Assembly: GCF_009914755.1 (NCBI RefSeq)
Contig: NC_060934.1
Direction: 5' to 3' (one strand)
Origin: the human T2T-CHM13v2.0 reference genome, Homo sapiens
DNA: 64,000 nt
Shown: one piece after another, positions 13,044 through 29,912 of the stretch
Layout: each line of letters opens with the position of its first letter
How positions within the stretch are numbered: position 1 is the first letter of the stretch
Notes under the pieces: generated by a model
What the model was told of the DNA's origin: nothing
Database searches by the model: none
What the model saw: the letters and a program-made list of their open reading frames with translations, nothing else
Program-made: the position numbers and the translations under genes

Positions 13044-13750
13044 GTTTGGTGGATATCTAAAGAGAGAAAAGGTAAAATATACTCATCTATTTTTACTTTC
13101 ATCCACATCAGTGTTTATATATTTGAAAGCTTTGCTATTCAGTGCATGCAAAATTGAGATTATTATAGCTTCTTGATTTATTATTTTATCATTATAAAAT
13201 GTAATTTATATGGTCCTGGTAATATTCCTTGTCTTTAAGTCTATGATGTTTGATATTAATATAACAGTTCCCTCTTTCTTAAGATTACTATTTGCTTGAT
13301 ATATCTTTTCCATACTTTTAACCTATAGATGTCTTTATATTTTAAAGTACATTTATTATAGATAGCATATGTTGGATCTCTTTTACCTGGTCTGAAAACC
13401 AATTTTAATTGTGGTGTTTAGGCCATTTACACTTAACATAATTATAAATATTGTGTTTCAGTCCACCATCTTGCTATTTGTTTTGTAGTTGATTCACCTG
13501 TTCTTTGAGTTTTTCCCCCCCACTCTTTTTCTGCTTTTCTCCAGATTGACAGAATAATTTTAAAATGATTTCCTTGTATCTCCACAATGGATGTTTTCTC
13601 TATGTCACTTGTTTTGCTTTGTTTTAGGTGGTGGTTCTAGAGATCACGCTATGCATTCTTACCTTATAATTGTCTTTCCCCCAATAATATTATATCACTG
13701 CATGTAAAGTGTAAGAGCCTTACGACATTATATTTCCATTTCCCCACTGT
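13044..13750 (-). mobile_element. L1M fragment (ORF1-ORF2 junction / endonuclease region)
   Basis: ttaggccatttacacttaacataattat..ccatcttgctatttg is the reverse of the L1 ORF2 start. Confidence 0.75.
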
Positions 13751-14144
13751 TTACTCCCACCCATATTAACAGAATCAGGGTGGAGCATGTAGCATATGAC
13801 CACCAAAAATGCACAGAAAAATACATGACAAAATATTAAGACTCATTTATGGTAAAACCTTGTAGCAAACTAGGAATAAAGGGCAGCTCTTCAATTTAAC
13901 AAAGTACATCTATGAAAAACCTACAACTAACAACTTGTTAAAGACTGAATGCTTCCTCCCTGGGATCAGAAGCAAGGAAAAGACATCTTCTCTTACCACT
14001 CCTATTCAACACTGTGCTAGAGGTTTTGCCCAATAAGGTTAAAAAAGAATTAAAATGTACACAGATTTGAAAGAAAGCTGTCTTCATTTGCAGATTATAT
14101 GACTGCATATGTAGATAATCCTAAGAAATCTATAAAAATAGCTA

Positions 14145-14423
<279 letters not shown>

Positions 14424-14654
14424 CTACAAAAATAATAAGTACATTGAGAAAGCTTACAAAATGCAAGGTCAATACACAAAATTTAACTATATTTCAAAAC
14501 ACTAGCAATGGACAATTCAAAAAAGAAATTTTAAAAACTAATACCATTTACAATAGCATAAAAATATTAAAATTATTTAATAAAATATGTATAAAACCTA
14601 AATACTGAAAACCAAAAAACGTTGCTGAAATAAATTAAAGAAATAAACCATCTC

Positions 14655-15020
14655 CGTATTAGTCCATTTTCACACTGCTATAAAGAAACACCTGAGACTG
14701 GGTGATTTATAAGGGAAAAGGCTTAATTAACTCACAGTTCCACACGGCTGGGAGGCTTCAGGAAACTTAAAATCAAGGCAGAAGGCTTAGGGGAAGCAGG
14801 CACCTCTTACATGGTGGCAGGAGAGAAAGACAGATAGCACAGGAGAAAATCCCATTTATAAAACCATCAGATCCTGTGAGAACTCACTCACTATCATGAG
14901 AATAGCATAGGAGAAACCGCCCCCATGATCCAATCACCTCCCACCAGGTCTCTCCCTCCACGTGTGGGGATTACAATTTGAGATAAGATTTGGGTGGGGA
15001 CACAGCGCCAAACCACATCA
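14655..15020 (-). mobile_element. THE1D/MSTA-type MaLR solo LTR
   Basis: gtattagtccattttcacactgctataaag...ccaaaccacatca, ~365 bp. Confidence 0.92.
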
Positions 15021-16614
15021 ATCCTCACGGATTGAAAGACTCAGTATTATTAAAATATCAGTTATCTCTAAATTGATCTATATATTCAAAGCCATCTTAA
15101 TGAATTTCTTACAGGCTTCCCTTAAAAATGACAAACTAATTCTAAAATGCAAATGCAAAGAATGTAGAATACCCAAAATAATTTTGAAAAAGGAGAGTAA
15201 TGTTGGAGGACTCATATTACCTGACTTCAAGAAGTACCAAAAAATACGGTAATTAAGAAAATGTGATATTAACTTAATAATGGGCATGTTATTTTGGAAC
15301 TAAAAACAGACTCCAGAAATAAAACCATACATATATAGTTAGTTGGCTTTTCTGTCTAAGAAACCAAGCTAATGTAATAGGGGAAGGATAACCTTTAATA
15401 AGTGGTGCTAAAACAAAAAAAAATGAAAATGAATTTCAACTCATACTTCACACCATTCACAAAGTTATTTCAAAATGAATCACAGTTGATAATGTATTGG
15501 CTAATACTAGAAAACTTCAAAGAGAAAATGTAAGTGATCACATTTACAACCTTGTAATAGACAAAGATTTCTCAAAACACAAAAAGAGCAAGAACTATAA
15601 TAGAAAAAAAATAATACTTTGGACTCCATCAAAATTAAAACCTTCTGGTCTTTGGAAGATATCATAGATACCATCAACAAAATGACAAGGCAAGCCACAG
15701 ACTAGAAGAAAATATTAGCAATATACATCTGACAAGGGATTTACATCCACTATTTATAAAGGATTCCACTAACTCAATGATAATCCAGTTAAAAAGTGGG
15801 CAGGATTTGAACTGGCACTTCATGAAAGAAGACATATGAATGGCCAGTAAGTGCGTGAAAAGATGCCCAATATCACTAGCCATCAGCAAATGCAAATTTG
15901 AATCACATTGAGATACGACTACACACCCACTGGGTGGGCTAGAACTTAAAAGGCTGATGATAGCAAGTGTTGACAAAGATATGGAACAACTGGACCGCTC
16001 ATAGATTGCTTTGGATGTATAAACTGTTACGACTTTGGCATCTTCTTGTGAAATTAAACATGCATTTACTGCACAATTCAATAATTCCTTTCCTAGGTAT
16101 TTATCTAAGGGAAATAAAAACACATGTCCACAAAAAATCACTTGTATACAGATGTTCGTTGCAACTTACTTTTAAGGCTAAAACTCAGAACAACCTAAAT
16201 GTCCATTTGCAAATGAGTGGTAGGCAAATTGCGTATATCTGTGTAATGCAATATTATCCAGTAATAAAAAGAAATAACGACTGATGCTCTCAACATGGAT
16301 GTGTGTCAAAAATGTTATGCAGAGTAAATGAATACAGACTCAAAAGAGTACATGTTGTATGACTCTGTATATATAAAAGTAAAGAATTATCAAAAGGCCT
16401 CTATAGTGACAGCAAACAAATTAGTGATTGTCTGGGACTAGGACAAAACGACATGGGGTAACTTTTTAGAAGGACAAAAATATTCTATATCTTTATTGGC
16501 TCGTGGTTACATTGCGTGTACGTTTGTTAACTCTTGCGGAACATACCTGTAAAGTGAGTGTATTTTTTATACTGTATGTACATAATAATTTCATCAAATT
16601 GATTTTAAAAAACA

Positions 16615-17240
16615 AAAATAGTATATCATTTTGCAACTATCAACCTGACAAAAAATTTAAGATGTGAGGACGTGAGGACAGGATGCTTTCATACACATCA
16701 GGTAGGAAAATGAATGAGTGAAAACCTTCTATTAGAGAAGGGTGCAACACTTAGCCAAATCCTTAACAATGGATGTATTCTGTTTAATAATTTTTTTTTC
16801 ATTCCTTCCTAGGACTAAATTCTAAGTAAACAATTAAAATGTACAAAGGCTTAGCTATGAGAGTGCTTGTCTAAATGTTATCATTGAAAGTATTGAAAAT
16901 AAACTATCCCAAAATAGGAGCTTGGTTAAGTAAATTATATTCATGCAATAAAGTGTCATGCAGTCACTAAAAAGGATGGGAAATTATATCTGTTGATATC
17001 AAAATACATTCATGATATCTGATTAAATGTTTAAAAGACACATTTATAAAACTGTATCATACACTCTTACTTTTGTTCAAATGCAATAAAAAGGCCAGGA
17101 AATGCCAGGAGCTATTATTGGTAGTTTTACCTAGATGATAGGACTGTGATGAGGTTTTCCTTCTCTTTCTCCAGTTTATTTGCACGTTTCCCTTTATTTC
17201 AAACGCACACATAATGTTTTTGTAAAGACAAAATTAGAAG
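16615..17240 (+). mobile_element. Ancient L1ME 3' end
   Basis: Degenerate L1 3' ORF2/UTR motifs (cctaggactaaattctaag, catgcagtcactaaaaagg). Confidence 0.6.
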
Positions 17241-17914
17241 TGTATGTTGTTATAGCAATTATTGTTCTTAAAAGGTAAAGTAAAGGGTAGCCTGAGAGGC
17301 GAGGTGCTGTGTGGAACATTATTAAGGTAAGCACTGGGGTGTGACAGAGGCTTGGACTTTAGTCTCTGTCATGGACAGATACTAGACCCAGGTGGGGAGC
17401 CCTTTTTGGCTTCCTTCATTGCCATCTGACTTCCTACTACTTCAGGCCCTCATGATATGAATTATTTTATCCCTTTTCTCAACCTATGGACTCTTCTTGA
17501 TAAATCAACTTTGAAAGAAAGCTGCTGCAGGGACAGCAACCAACATTAATGATGACAGTCAAGTGAATTTGGCGAAATGATTTCATTTCCTGGGAACGTA
17601 CACTCCTCCACGATACTTTAAACTCCATGAAGGGAACAACTATCTACCATAAAATATAAGAGCCTGACACCTTCAGCTGGTATAAGGTGGTCCTTGGCAG
17701 AGCTCAGCACGCGGTGGATAACAGCACTTAAACATTCACCGCAATAAAATACTCTTGTTGGAATTCCTTGAGACCTTTTCAAATGCCTCATGGCCAAATA
17801 CCCAGCAAGTATCCTTGAAATAATTTGAGCACTAGAACTGAGAATTGATGTGTAAATGACGCATGGCTGCTAACAGCCACGTGAGGTCTTAGAAGGAAAG
17901 GTTAAAAGAATTCG

Positions 17915-18235
17915 GTTAATTACCTTGGTGGGAAGAAAGTTGAAGAGAAATTTAATAGCTATCATTAAGAATCTGAAATATTATTATAAATAGATTGTTT
18001 CCGAACCATTCTCAATTTCCACAGAGAGCAAAGCTTTTGGAGCAGCAAGAAGTCAAATAAGACATTGGTAAAGAACTTTCTGATTCAGCACTGGAACAGG
18101 CTACCAAGAGATGAAGTATTCATTCCTGGAAACCTTTCAGAATAGCATAGACAACTCACTGTTCAATTAACCTGGATCTAGCCCTGAATCAAAGAATTAA
18201 ACAAATGCTCCTTGTGTTTCCTTCCCATATTAGGG
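17915..18235 (+). mobile_element. L3/CR1 3' fragment
   Basis: aagaactttctga..cactggaacaggctaccaagaga..cctggaaacctttcagaatag. Confidence 0.75.
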
Positions 18236-18385
18236 AGGTGTAATTCTATCTTAACTAGAAAGTCACTCCATCAAAAGAATGCCAGAGAACTCACTGAAGT
18301 GGCCACAAAGGGCTTCATGTTAATTTTTTAATGACGCGTAAGAATGATATTCATTAAATTTAAAAAGCTTTATACATTGTGGAAG

Positions 18386-19222
18386 TGACACAGGATTTTT
18401 CTCAGCCCCTTTGCTGGACTCGCAGCAGGGGCATCCCATCTACTTGGCCTGCTGCACTCAGCCCCTTGCAGGAGGGAGCATGTGAGCAAGCAAGTTTGGG
18501 ATCTGGCCGGCCACTCCAAGCACCAACACAGGAGCAAGCTCCATACAGGGCCTGTGACCAGACCAGGCATGTCACCTTGAGAGGGTGCTTGTGACCCTGA
18601 AGCCCCAGAGGGGGTGTGTGTGTGCTAATTAGCTCTTTTAGTGCCTCTATCCACAGCCTGATGGACGGCAGCATGTTAGCAGCTCAGCTGGTCCCTGGCC
18701 CTACTGTGTGGGGTGGCTGCCCTCTGCCAGTGAGGGCAAAAGGCCAGTGTGACAGCCTTTCTGGGTACCTGCACTTGGTGGGTCCCGAGCTCTTGTCCAG
18801 CATCCAAGAAGAATGAGGATACATGACAATTGAAGAGTGAGCAAGGCAGGGAGTTTTACTGAGTGATGAAACAGCCTTCCATGGAGAGGAGACATGGGGA
18901 TGATCCCCCTAACTGAAGGCAGGAAAGTCCCCCCAGTGTGGCTGAGTCCGGGGGTTTATGGCCTCAGAATAGGGGAGGGGGCAGGCCGCAGATAGTATTG
19001 GAAAAGGCAACATTTGATTGGTTAGAAGGCATTATTCAGAAAGAATCAACCAGGAAAGTGGGGGCAAACAGGAACAGAAGTTCTCACACTGGGTTGTGGG
19101 TTTCATCCAGGACCAGCAGTCTGGTCTTCCAGCCTTCAGGCTGTTTTTTGGCTTGAAGGTGGGGTTTCACTGGGGACCCACCCCTGTCTGCCTGGGCATT
19201 TGGCTGCCTCCTGTTGCTATCA
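18386..19222 (-). mobile_element. ERV1 solo LTR (MER52/LTR27/LTR28-like group)
   Basis: TG...CA termini with 4-bp TSD gaag/gaag; GC-rich, ends cctgtctgcctgggcatttggctgcctcctgttgctatca. Confidence 0.85.
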
Positions 19223-20768
19223 GAAGTTGTGCATGTCTAGCCTTAAAAAATTGCAGCCAATGGAAACACTGCCTATTGCAATGAAATGTAAAACAAATTA
19301 TATAAACTTTGCACCCTGGAAAAAACTTTCAAGGCATTCTATCATCTACCATCAACCATGCAAATGTCTAAACTTATGCGAACTGTCAAGCAATAAATTG
19401 GAAGGATCTGTGTGCTTTTTTATAGAGATGTAGTCTTCCTTGGCCCTACCCACAAACAATAAAAAAAGTTAAGGAAATTAATGTATTTTCCCAAATTATT
19501 TGAAAATGTCACTCTTTGTTCAGAACTGCTAAGACCTAAGGTCCAATTAGGTCCCAGTAGTCGAAATGTTAAATCACAACAAAGCCACTTAAGGGGATAT
19601 TAACAACACCTTGCTGAAATTCCACATTGAAACAGGCTGGTAGTGCATTCGGTTTAAATGACCTCAGTTGATTTAGGACTCAGTTTGCAACAATGGTCCC
19701 CAAAGCTTCAGCTATGAATGCTTGTCTTGTGGGGTTTTCCTGCAGCTTTCCAAACCTTTCCCTCAGGGCTGCAAATTTTAGGCATAAAGCTCAGGCTTAG
19801 AAGTGAGACTCAAGGGTCTAGAGGCTTTTTTTTTTTTTTCCCTCCTCCGTGGACTTGAGGAAAGCAAGTCACTAGCAAACTTTTGTTTCTCAGTCAAATT
19901 CCAGCTCCCAGAGCAATAATTAACAATTAGCATTGGCACCAAAATAAAACACCAGTATCTTTTGGCCAAGAGGCAAAGACAACACATTAGGCATTTAGCA
20001 TCAGTTAATGAATAATTATTAATTAATCAAGTCTCAAATAAATAGCCATCTTTAGTTTTGCCAGAGACTATTTACTTTCAAATTATTCCCTCATTACCAG
20101 TAACAACCAATTTGAGGGGCTGTACTATGGCATCAATTTTATTAATGCCACATTGGAAAGACAATCATAACAATAAAACAGCACACAGCTGTTAGAAGGG
20201 TTTTTCTATATGTATTAATCATGTATTCATAATAGATTTTAATATTCTACATCATAAACTGCAGTGTTTTAAATATAGGATGGGCAAAAAGATGAGGCAG
20301 TAATGAATTCATCACACTTACCGATTCTTATAATAAAGTCTTAAAGAACATCTCCCTATATTTTGCAAAGATATCTAGCGTTGTGTAAACCATTGTTACC
20401 AAAATATTATTGTTAAACAATATTATTAATTATAATTTACAAAACTGCTAAATAAGAAGCTTAGCAATATATTTCTTCACAGTTTATGGATCTCCTTGAA
20501 AAGGAAATGCTTTTCCCAATTTGGTTCTGGGTAAAGATGGGCAGTAAGCAGTTTCAACAGTAGCTATCTCAGCTAATTATGGATTATATTGGGCAAACTC
20601 TTAATATTTTTGTTTTAGTGTTGAAAAGAGAAGACTCTAGGATATAGGGCTCAGCTACAAGAAAATCAGAACAGAGAAAGCAGCAAAGAGATTGGTTGCA
20701 CATTTGTAAAATCAACTTGTAAAAATCTCAATAGATGTACAAAATAAATGTAAAAGAACAGTGTTTTT

Positions 20769-21379
20769 GGCCAGATGCAATGGCTCATGCCTGTAATCAC
20801 AGCACTTTGGGAGGCCAAGAGGGTGGATCACTTGAGGTCAGGAGTTTAAGACCAGCCTGGCCAACATGGTGAAACCTTGTCTCTACTAAAAATACAAAAA
20901 TTGGCTGGTCATGGTGGCTCACGCCTGTAATCCCAGCACTTTGGGAGGCTGAGGCAGGCGAATCACAAAGTCAGGAGTTGGAGACCATCCTGGCTAACAT
21001 GGTGAAACCCCGTCTCTACTAAAGATACAAAAAACTTAGCCGGGCATGCTGGCAGGTCCCTGTAATCCCAGCTGCTCAGGAGGCTGAGGCGGGAGAATGG
21101 CGTGAACCTGGGAGGCAGAGCTTGCAGTGAGCCGAGTTTGCGCCACTGCACTCTAGCCTGGGCGACAGAGCAAGACTCCGTCTCAAAAACAAAACAAAAC
21201 AAAACAAAAAATTACCCAGGCGTGATGGCGAGTGCCTATAATCCAAGCTACTCAGGAGGCTGAGGCAGGAGAAATGCTTAAACCCAGGAGGTGGACGTTG
21301 CAGTGAGCCAAGATCACGCCTTCACACTCCAGCCTGGGCGACAGAGCAAGACTCTGTCAAAAAAAAAAAAAAAAAAAAA
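20769..21379 (+). mobile_element. AluS split by a nested AluY
   Basis: Left arm 20769-20902, right arm 21213-21379, outer TSD aaaagaacagtgtttt. Confidence 0.95.
20903..21212 (+). mobile_element. AluY inserted in the A-rich linker of AluS
   Basis: AluY diagnostics, (CAAAA)n tail, TSD-like acaaaaatt. Confidence 0.93.
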
Positions 21380-21509
21380 GAACAGTGTTTTTACAAAGAA
21401 CTCCACTAGAAATCCTAAAAACTCTCTTTGTGCCCTTGGCTATATGTTCAAATGTTGATACAGAATTAACTAGCAGGAAAACACATCTTACCCAAGAAAA
21501 TGACAGGAG

Positions 21510-21720
21510 GATATATTGGAAAGAGGGCAAACTTTGTAATTCAACTGGACCAAAGTTCAAATTCCAGTTCTATGAATGTGGGAAATTCACTCCGTAAACC
21601 TCGTTGCTCATCTGTAAAATGGGTCAATAAGGTATATTTGCAAGGTTATAGTGAGGAATAATTTACACAAATTATGTAAAATGCAAGGTTTACAGTAGGT
21701 ACTCAATTAATATTGCAAAT
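21510..21720 (+). mobile_element. MIR
   Basis: ctcatctgtaaaatggg core, gtaggtactcaattaat tail. Confidence 0.75.
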
Positions 21721-22345
21721 ATATCTAAAAAAATATGCTGTGGGTAGTGATAGTAAGGAGAAAACCTAACAAGGAAATCTCTCATTCAAGCTTCCTATTT
21801 AGGACAGTCCAATTCAGTGAGAATCTTGCACAGGCCGCACATTACTCAAAATCTCTCCTTTTCTCACAAATGCTTCTACAGGACTCTGTTGGGTAAGAAC
21901 TTGCGTTTGTTTTATGTATTACAATGAGGAAAGCAGAAAGGAAAGGATATTCCAAAGAAAAAAAATTAAGTTATTTCAAGCTAATAAGAAAACTGGACAG
22001 GACAAAATCTGCAAGGCCCTGCGTTACAATCTTTCCCAACAGGCACGCCCCCCTACCCTGGTGAAAAACGTCATATTTGTGGAAATTAAGTGAATATTTA
22101 TAAACATAAAAACCCAAGCTTCCCAGAGGTGATTTTTGTGTTTTCCAAGCGATACCAGAAAAATTTGGAAAAGATGGATCTTCTCAATGAAGAAATGAAT
22201 AAGGACACGGTAAGGATATGATTTGGACAAAGAAAGACAGGCTGATGTCAGTTCCCCTCCCTGCCTCTGATTCCAACTCTGAATTTTTCCCTCCTGATCT
22301 CACAACTATTTTTTGCAGTTTACTTGTATGTTACATGCTTATTAT

Positions 22346-22866
22346 TGCAGGGGGCGGAAAACTTTTTCTCTACCCTCTTGGGTTTAGTAACTGGAGCCCT
22401 AAAAAGTAAACCTGCAAAAGACAGATTAACAGGAGGGAAAGAGTTATTTTATGTGCATATGGAAGGCCTCACAGAAATCAAGTGAAACCCCAAAGAGGCA
22501 GTGAGAACTGGAGGCTTATATACCACTCTAACAAAGGGCTGTAATTTGTGCAGACATGACAATTACAAAGGAACGGGAGTTTTGAGCTTCCAGGATAATT
22601 TGTGGGAAGGTAAATATATGGGGGAAACTAACGGAAGATAAAAGTTGTTTATTAAGGTTTTGTTTGTGTATACTTATCTCAGTGCTCTCTCCAGTAGTAA
22701 GATTCCTTCTCCTCTTCCTGGTATGGGAAAGAGGAGTGGGGATACCATCTCAAAGGGAAATTTATGTCCTGCTTTCAGGTAAATAGGGACAAGGCAGAGG
22801 GCTTTTTTTGGTGTCTGCTTGTTCTTATTGTCTACAACTTAAAATAATCTTTATGCCAAAGTGGAG
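22346..22866 (-). mobile_element. MER34-like ERV1 LTR
   Basis: Reverse-complement similar to 47851-48468; aaaagacagattaacaggag, aaaataatctttatgccaaagtgg. Confidence 0.75.
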
Positions 22867-22867
22867 G

Positions 22868-23045
22868 AATATAGTAAATATTTTCGGTTTTTCAGACCAT
22901 ACAATCTCTGTTCAACTCTGCCATTGTAGTGGAAAGCAGTCATAGACAATATGTAAATAAATGGGCATATCTGTTTTCCGGTAGTCTTATTTACAAAAGC
23001 AGGTGCTAGGCTAGATTTGGCCCTGTTCAAGGGGTTTGTTAATTT
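22868..23045. mobile_element. MER58A hAT-Charlie fragment
   Basis: atagtaaatatttt..tcaactctgccattgtagtggaaagcagtcatagacaatatgtaaat. Confidence 0.85.
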
Positions 23046-23793
23046 CAATCATCCTGACAGATCCACTAGTTTCAGATACCTTAATGTATTATAATCTTCT
23101 GTTACTAATATTAAATATTTCAAAAATTAAATACTACTGCTTTTGTGTTTCATATTGAAATATTATGTTATTTTGAATAATTTTTGGAAATATGAAAAAT
23201 ACAAAATTGATTAAAAACAAATCGATAGAATATTTTCATAATTATTTATTCCTTCTTCCTCCTGCATATTCCATTGTTCTTTTTAATTTTCATTAACTTT
23301 TGTATGTGCTCAAGAATTTTTGATCTTAAAATAAACATTTTTAATGTCTCATCCTTTTCAGCTACCTCTGTACTTTTCTCTAACTTTGAAAACATTTTTA
23401 TTACCATCTCATCACTTCCAAATTCAGCCCAATCTTTCCCTTGAGCTCCAGATTTGCATATCCAGCGGTCTAGTTAACTACTTTTTATATCTCAAAAGTA
23501 GCTCAAATGTCCCCACCAACCACCCAATCTCTCTGGTCACAACTAGGAGTCACAGTTGATACCACTCTCTTCTTCAACCCCTTCCTCTACTAATTCGTAA
23601 ATATATCCTTTTGATTTTTTTCCCAAATTACTTCTCAAGTACGTCCAGCTCTTTCCATTTTCTCCATTCCAACCATACTCTCAGCTAGTACATTTCTTGC
23701 CTAGACTGCTACAATAATCTTCCAATTCATCTATCACCTTCCTTTACTCTGGTTCTGTCCAATCTATGCTTAAGATTAAGAGGAGTCTTTTCA

Positions 23794-25533
<1,740 letters not shown>

Positions 25534-26378
25534 TGTTGATATTGCCACAGAATAAAAATGTTAAAGTTTTGTAGGCAAAAACACAATAAGCAAATTGAAT
25601 AGCAAGTGACAATTCAGATAAAAAACCTATCAGAAAAACAAATAATGGAAATTCAAAAAAGAAACATGCAAAAGCAAACAAATATATACAAATTAAGTTT
25701 TGTTAGTATTCAAATAAATATAAAATTAAAAAAAAAACTCTCTGTTGGCTTTCTTGCTCTTAGAATAAAAACCAAAGTAAGTAACATGACTAAGACTTCA
25801 GCCTGGTTCTGCCCTGCCTGTCTCTCCAGGTTTACAGCACACCCCTGACTCTACCCACTTCAACCTACTCGTTCCTCCATCCTTTAAGCATCCCAGACTC
25901 TCTCCTATTATTAGGCCTTAACTAGGCCTCCAGGAATGCTCCCAGATATGCCCTCATAGGGTAGCGAGGAGTCACAATGGTTGACAGATTCTTTGATTTG
26001 CAAGTTCCTGCCTTGCCAGGAGTGTTTACCAAGTTCTTCCTGTCCTCTCCTTCTTTTGTTCTCACCCTTTCTTCCATGTTAAGGTTCTTCATTGAATATT
26101 TTCCTTGTGAAAGGCACTGATGGTTAGGCATTTTGCCTGGTAGAATCGCACTGGTAACTGGTCTGACTTGAATTCCATAGAGCACATGCTATTAATAGCA
26201 ACAGTAAGAAGCAACAATACTACTGATAAAGCTAGTGTTTATCGAGTATTTACTATATCCCAGGTCCTGTGCTGAGTCCATTGGCTAATATAGTCCTTAA
26301 ACACTAGTATGTTAAAATTATTATTCCCAGTTTACAGACAAGAAAATCAAGGCTTACGTTTTCTCAAAGACTCACTAT

Positions 26379-27317
26379 TGAGGGGGTTGAGGACATGTTA
26401 CCCCAAAATATGACACCTTGTCATTTGAGAAAGCAGAAGCAGGAAGGTCTCTCTGACCTTTCCCTTGCCCTCCTTTCCTACAGCAGGTCATGTATCTGAG
26501 GAAGATCAGTCTCTGACCTTCTTCCTCCCTTCTCTCCTAACGTTCCTTATGTGACAGATGTTTTCCTCTATACCCAGAAGGAAGGAATGTCACACAGAGA
26601 CACATAGGAGAATCTGAACAAACTGGCCTCACTAAGTCCCCACAGTTTGTTACCATTAGATCACACCCCCCTTGTTCAATCATGTTTCCCCGTAACAATT
26701 CACTTCTTCATCAGACTTAGCATAAAATATACATGGCTCTCCTGCTTCTTTGCATCTTCATTTCTGAAGGCTCTTATGTTACATGAAACTTCTATTACAT
26801 ACATTTGTATGCTTTTCCTTCATTAATCTGTCTTTTTTTATAGGGGTCTGTATTAGTCCATTTTGTGTTCCTATAAAAGAATACCTGTGACTGAATCATT
26901 TCTATAGAAAAGAGGTTTATTTGGCTCACAGTTCTGCAAGATATACAGGAAGCGTGGTGTCAGCATCTGCTTCTGGTGAGGCCTCAGTTAGCTTCCAATC
27001 ATGGCAGAAGGCCAAGGGTGAGTCAGCATGTCACATGGCAAGATTGGGTGCAAGAGAGAGAGGACGAGGTGCCAGACCGTTTTAAACAACTAGCTCTATG
27101 TAAACTAATAGCATAAGAACTCACTTATTACCATGGGGAGGGCACCAAGCCATTCATGAATGATCCGGCCCCATGACCCAAACACCTCCCACCAGGTCCC
27201 ACCTCCAACATTGGGGATCACATTTCAATATGATATTTGGATGGGACAAACCTCCAAATGATATCAGGGTGTCAGCCACGAACCTTGTGATGGGTGAAAA
27301 GTCTTTTCTCCCCAACA
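26379..27317 (+). mobile_element. MER31-like ERV1 solo LTR containing MST
   Basis: tgagggggttgaggacatgttaccccaaaatatg...cttttctccccaaca; homologous to 28757-29543. Confidence 0.8.
26849..27266 (-). mobile_element. MSTB-type MaLR solo LTR
   Basis: tgtattagtccattttgtg...ccaaatgatatca; 5-bp TSD gggtc/gggtg. Confidence 0.9.
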
Positions 27318-28756
27318 CTGGCAAGTGAGGGATATGACACAGACCCTTCATTCCGGCCACAGTCTTCACACTCTTAGCTGTTGCACTATATTGCTTCTGA
27401 AGCATCACCATATACATCTTGGAAGAAAATTAGAGTAAACGAAATCCATGGGGAAGGGCCAGAGAAAGAGAGGATTTCTTTTTGGAGATTTCAGACCAGG
27501 AAGGCCTCAATTTGTGTTGTAGTTTTCTAATACTAGGGAGAGACACAGACATCTTCTGTGGGTTAAGGAACTTCCAAGAGAGTCAGAGAGAAGCTACAGA
27601 CTCACTTTGGAACAAATGGGGCAACAAGAACATCCCCTCCCCGCTCAAATAAACCAAAGCAAAGGAATATTCTGTAGTGATGGTGTGTCTATAGCCAGGA
27701 TGGTCCTTAGCGTATTCAGGGTAACACAGTCTTTAGCATGACATGACGATTACACTTGCACCTAATTACAGTGAGAGCTGACCACTGGGTTCCTGGGCAA
27801 TGTCCTGCAAGTGGTGCAGTGGGAACTGCAGGTTTCCCTCCTCTGGACAGTGAGCAACCCAACCTTTTGCCCTACGTCTCCATTCTCCTATGGGTTCACA
27901 TGCAATGGGAAAGAATCCACGTGATTTATTCCTGAAAGGATGAATGGACAATCGTAAGCGACCTCCTCTTGTCAAAGGGGTCCTTGAAATCGCCAGGCAG
28001 TAAGGTCATTGCCTGTGTTAGAGAAAGCAGTAATTCTTGGCAGAAAGGAGGTGAAATGATTAAAAACACAGGTCAAGGGATAAAATGGAGTAAGTAGATG
28101 AGTGGAGGTTTGTGGGTAAAACATCAATGCCAATGTTTCCATTTTCCCATCATTGCTGTCAGGAAGCAATTGCTCCTTTGATCATGTAAATGACAGGCTT
28201 TTAAGAGGTGACCTCAACCATTAATTTTAAATAAAAGCCTCTCTTTGGTCCCTCCCTGGTGGATCAGGCTGCTTCCATGAAATAGCAATAAGGTGAACCG
28301 GTTTTCCCTGGACTACAGGGGTGTCTCTTTCCTCTTGCCAGGATTGGGAGGTTAGGTTTTGCCTCTTTTTTTTTTTTTTAAGGGAAAGAGAAATTGATGA
28401 ATCTCACTTCTGTAGGCTTCAAAAAGTTGAATACGTAATGATATGGAATCTTAAATATTTATTTTCAGTTCCTTACTTTGATCTTTTCTCCAGATTCTAT
28501 CAACCTCTCCAGCTCCTCCAGACTCCCCCATATGCAAACTGACAGCTTTGTTTCAATCCTTATCACAGTTCCATTTCTGCCTAGCAGTCCAGTCAAAATC
28601 ATTTGCAAAGACGGCCTGAGTTCCTGGGGGATCAGTTTCTGGGGTCATTTTCTCTCCTTCAAAGTCAAAATGTGACTATTTCCGATGATCCCCAAGAAGA
28701 CAAATCCAGGCTGATTTTCATACTTTCCACCCAGGAGTCCCTCTCTTCTGGCTGAC

Positions 28757-29912
<1,156 letters not shown>

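Larger units (their letters stand above)
26215..27390 (-). mobile_element. MIR split by MER31 insertion
   Basis: attattattcccagtttacagacaagaaaatcaaggctta; resumes after 27317. Confidence 0.65.
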
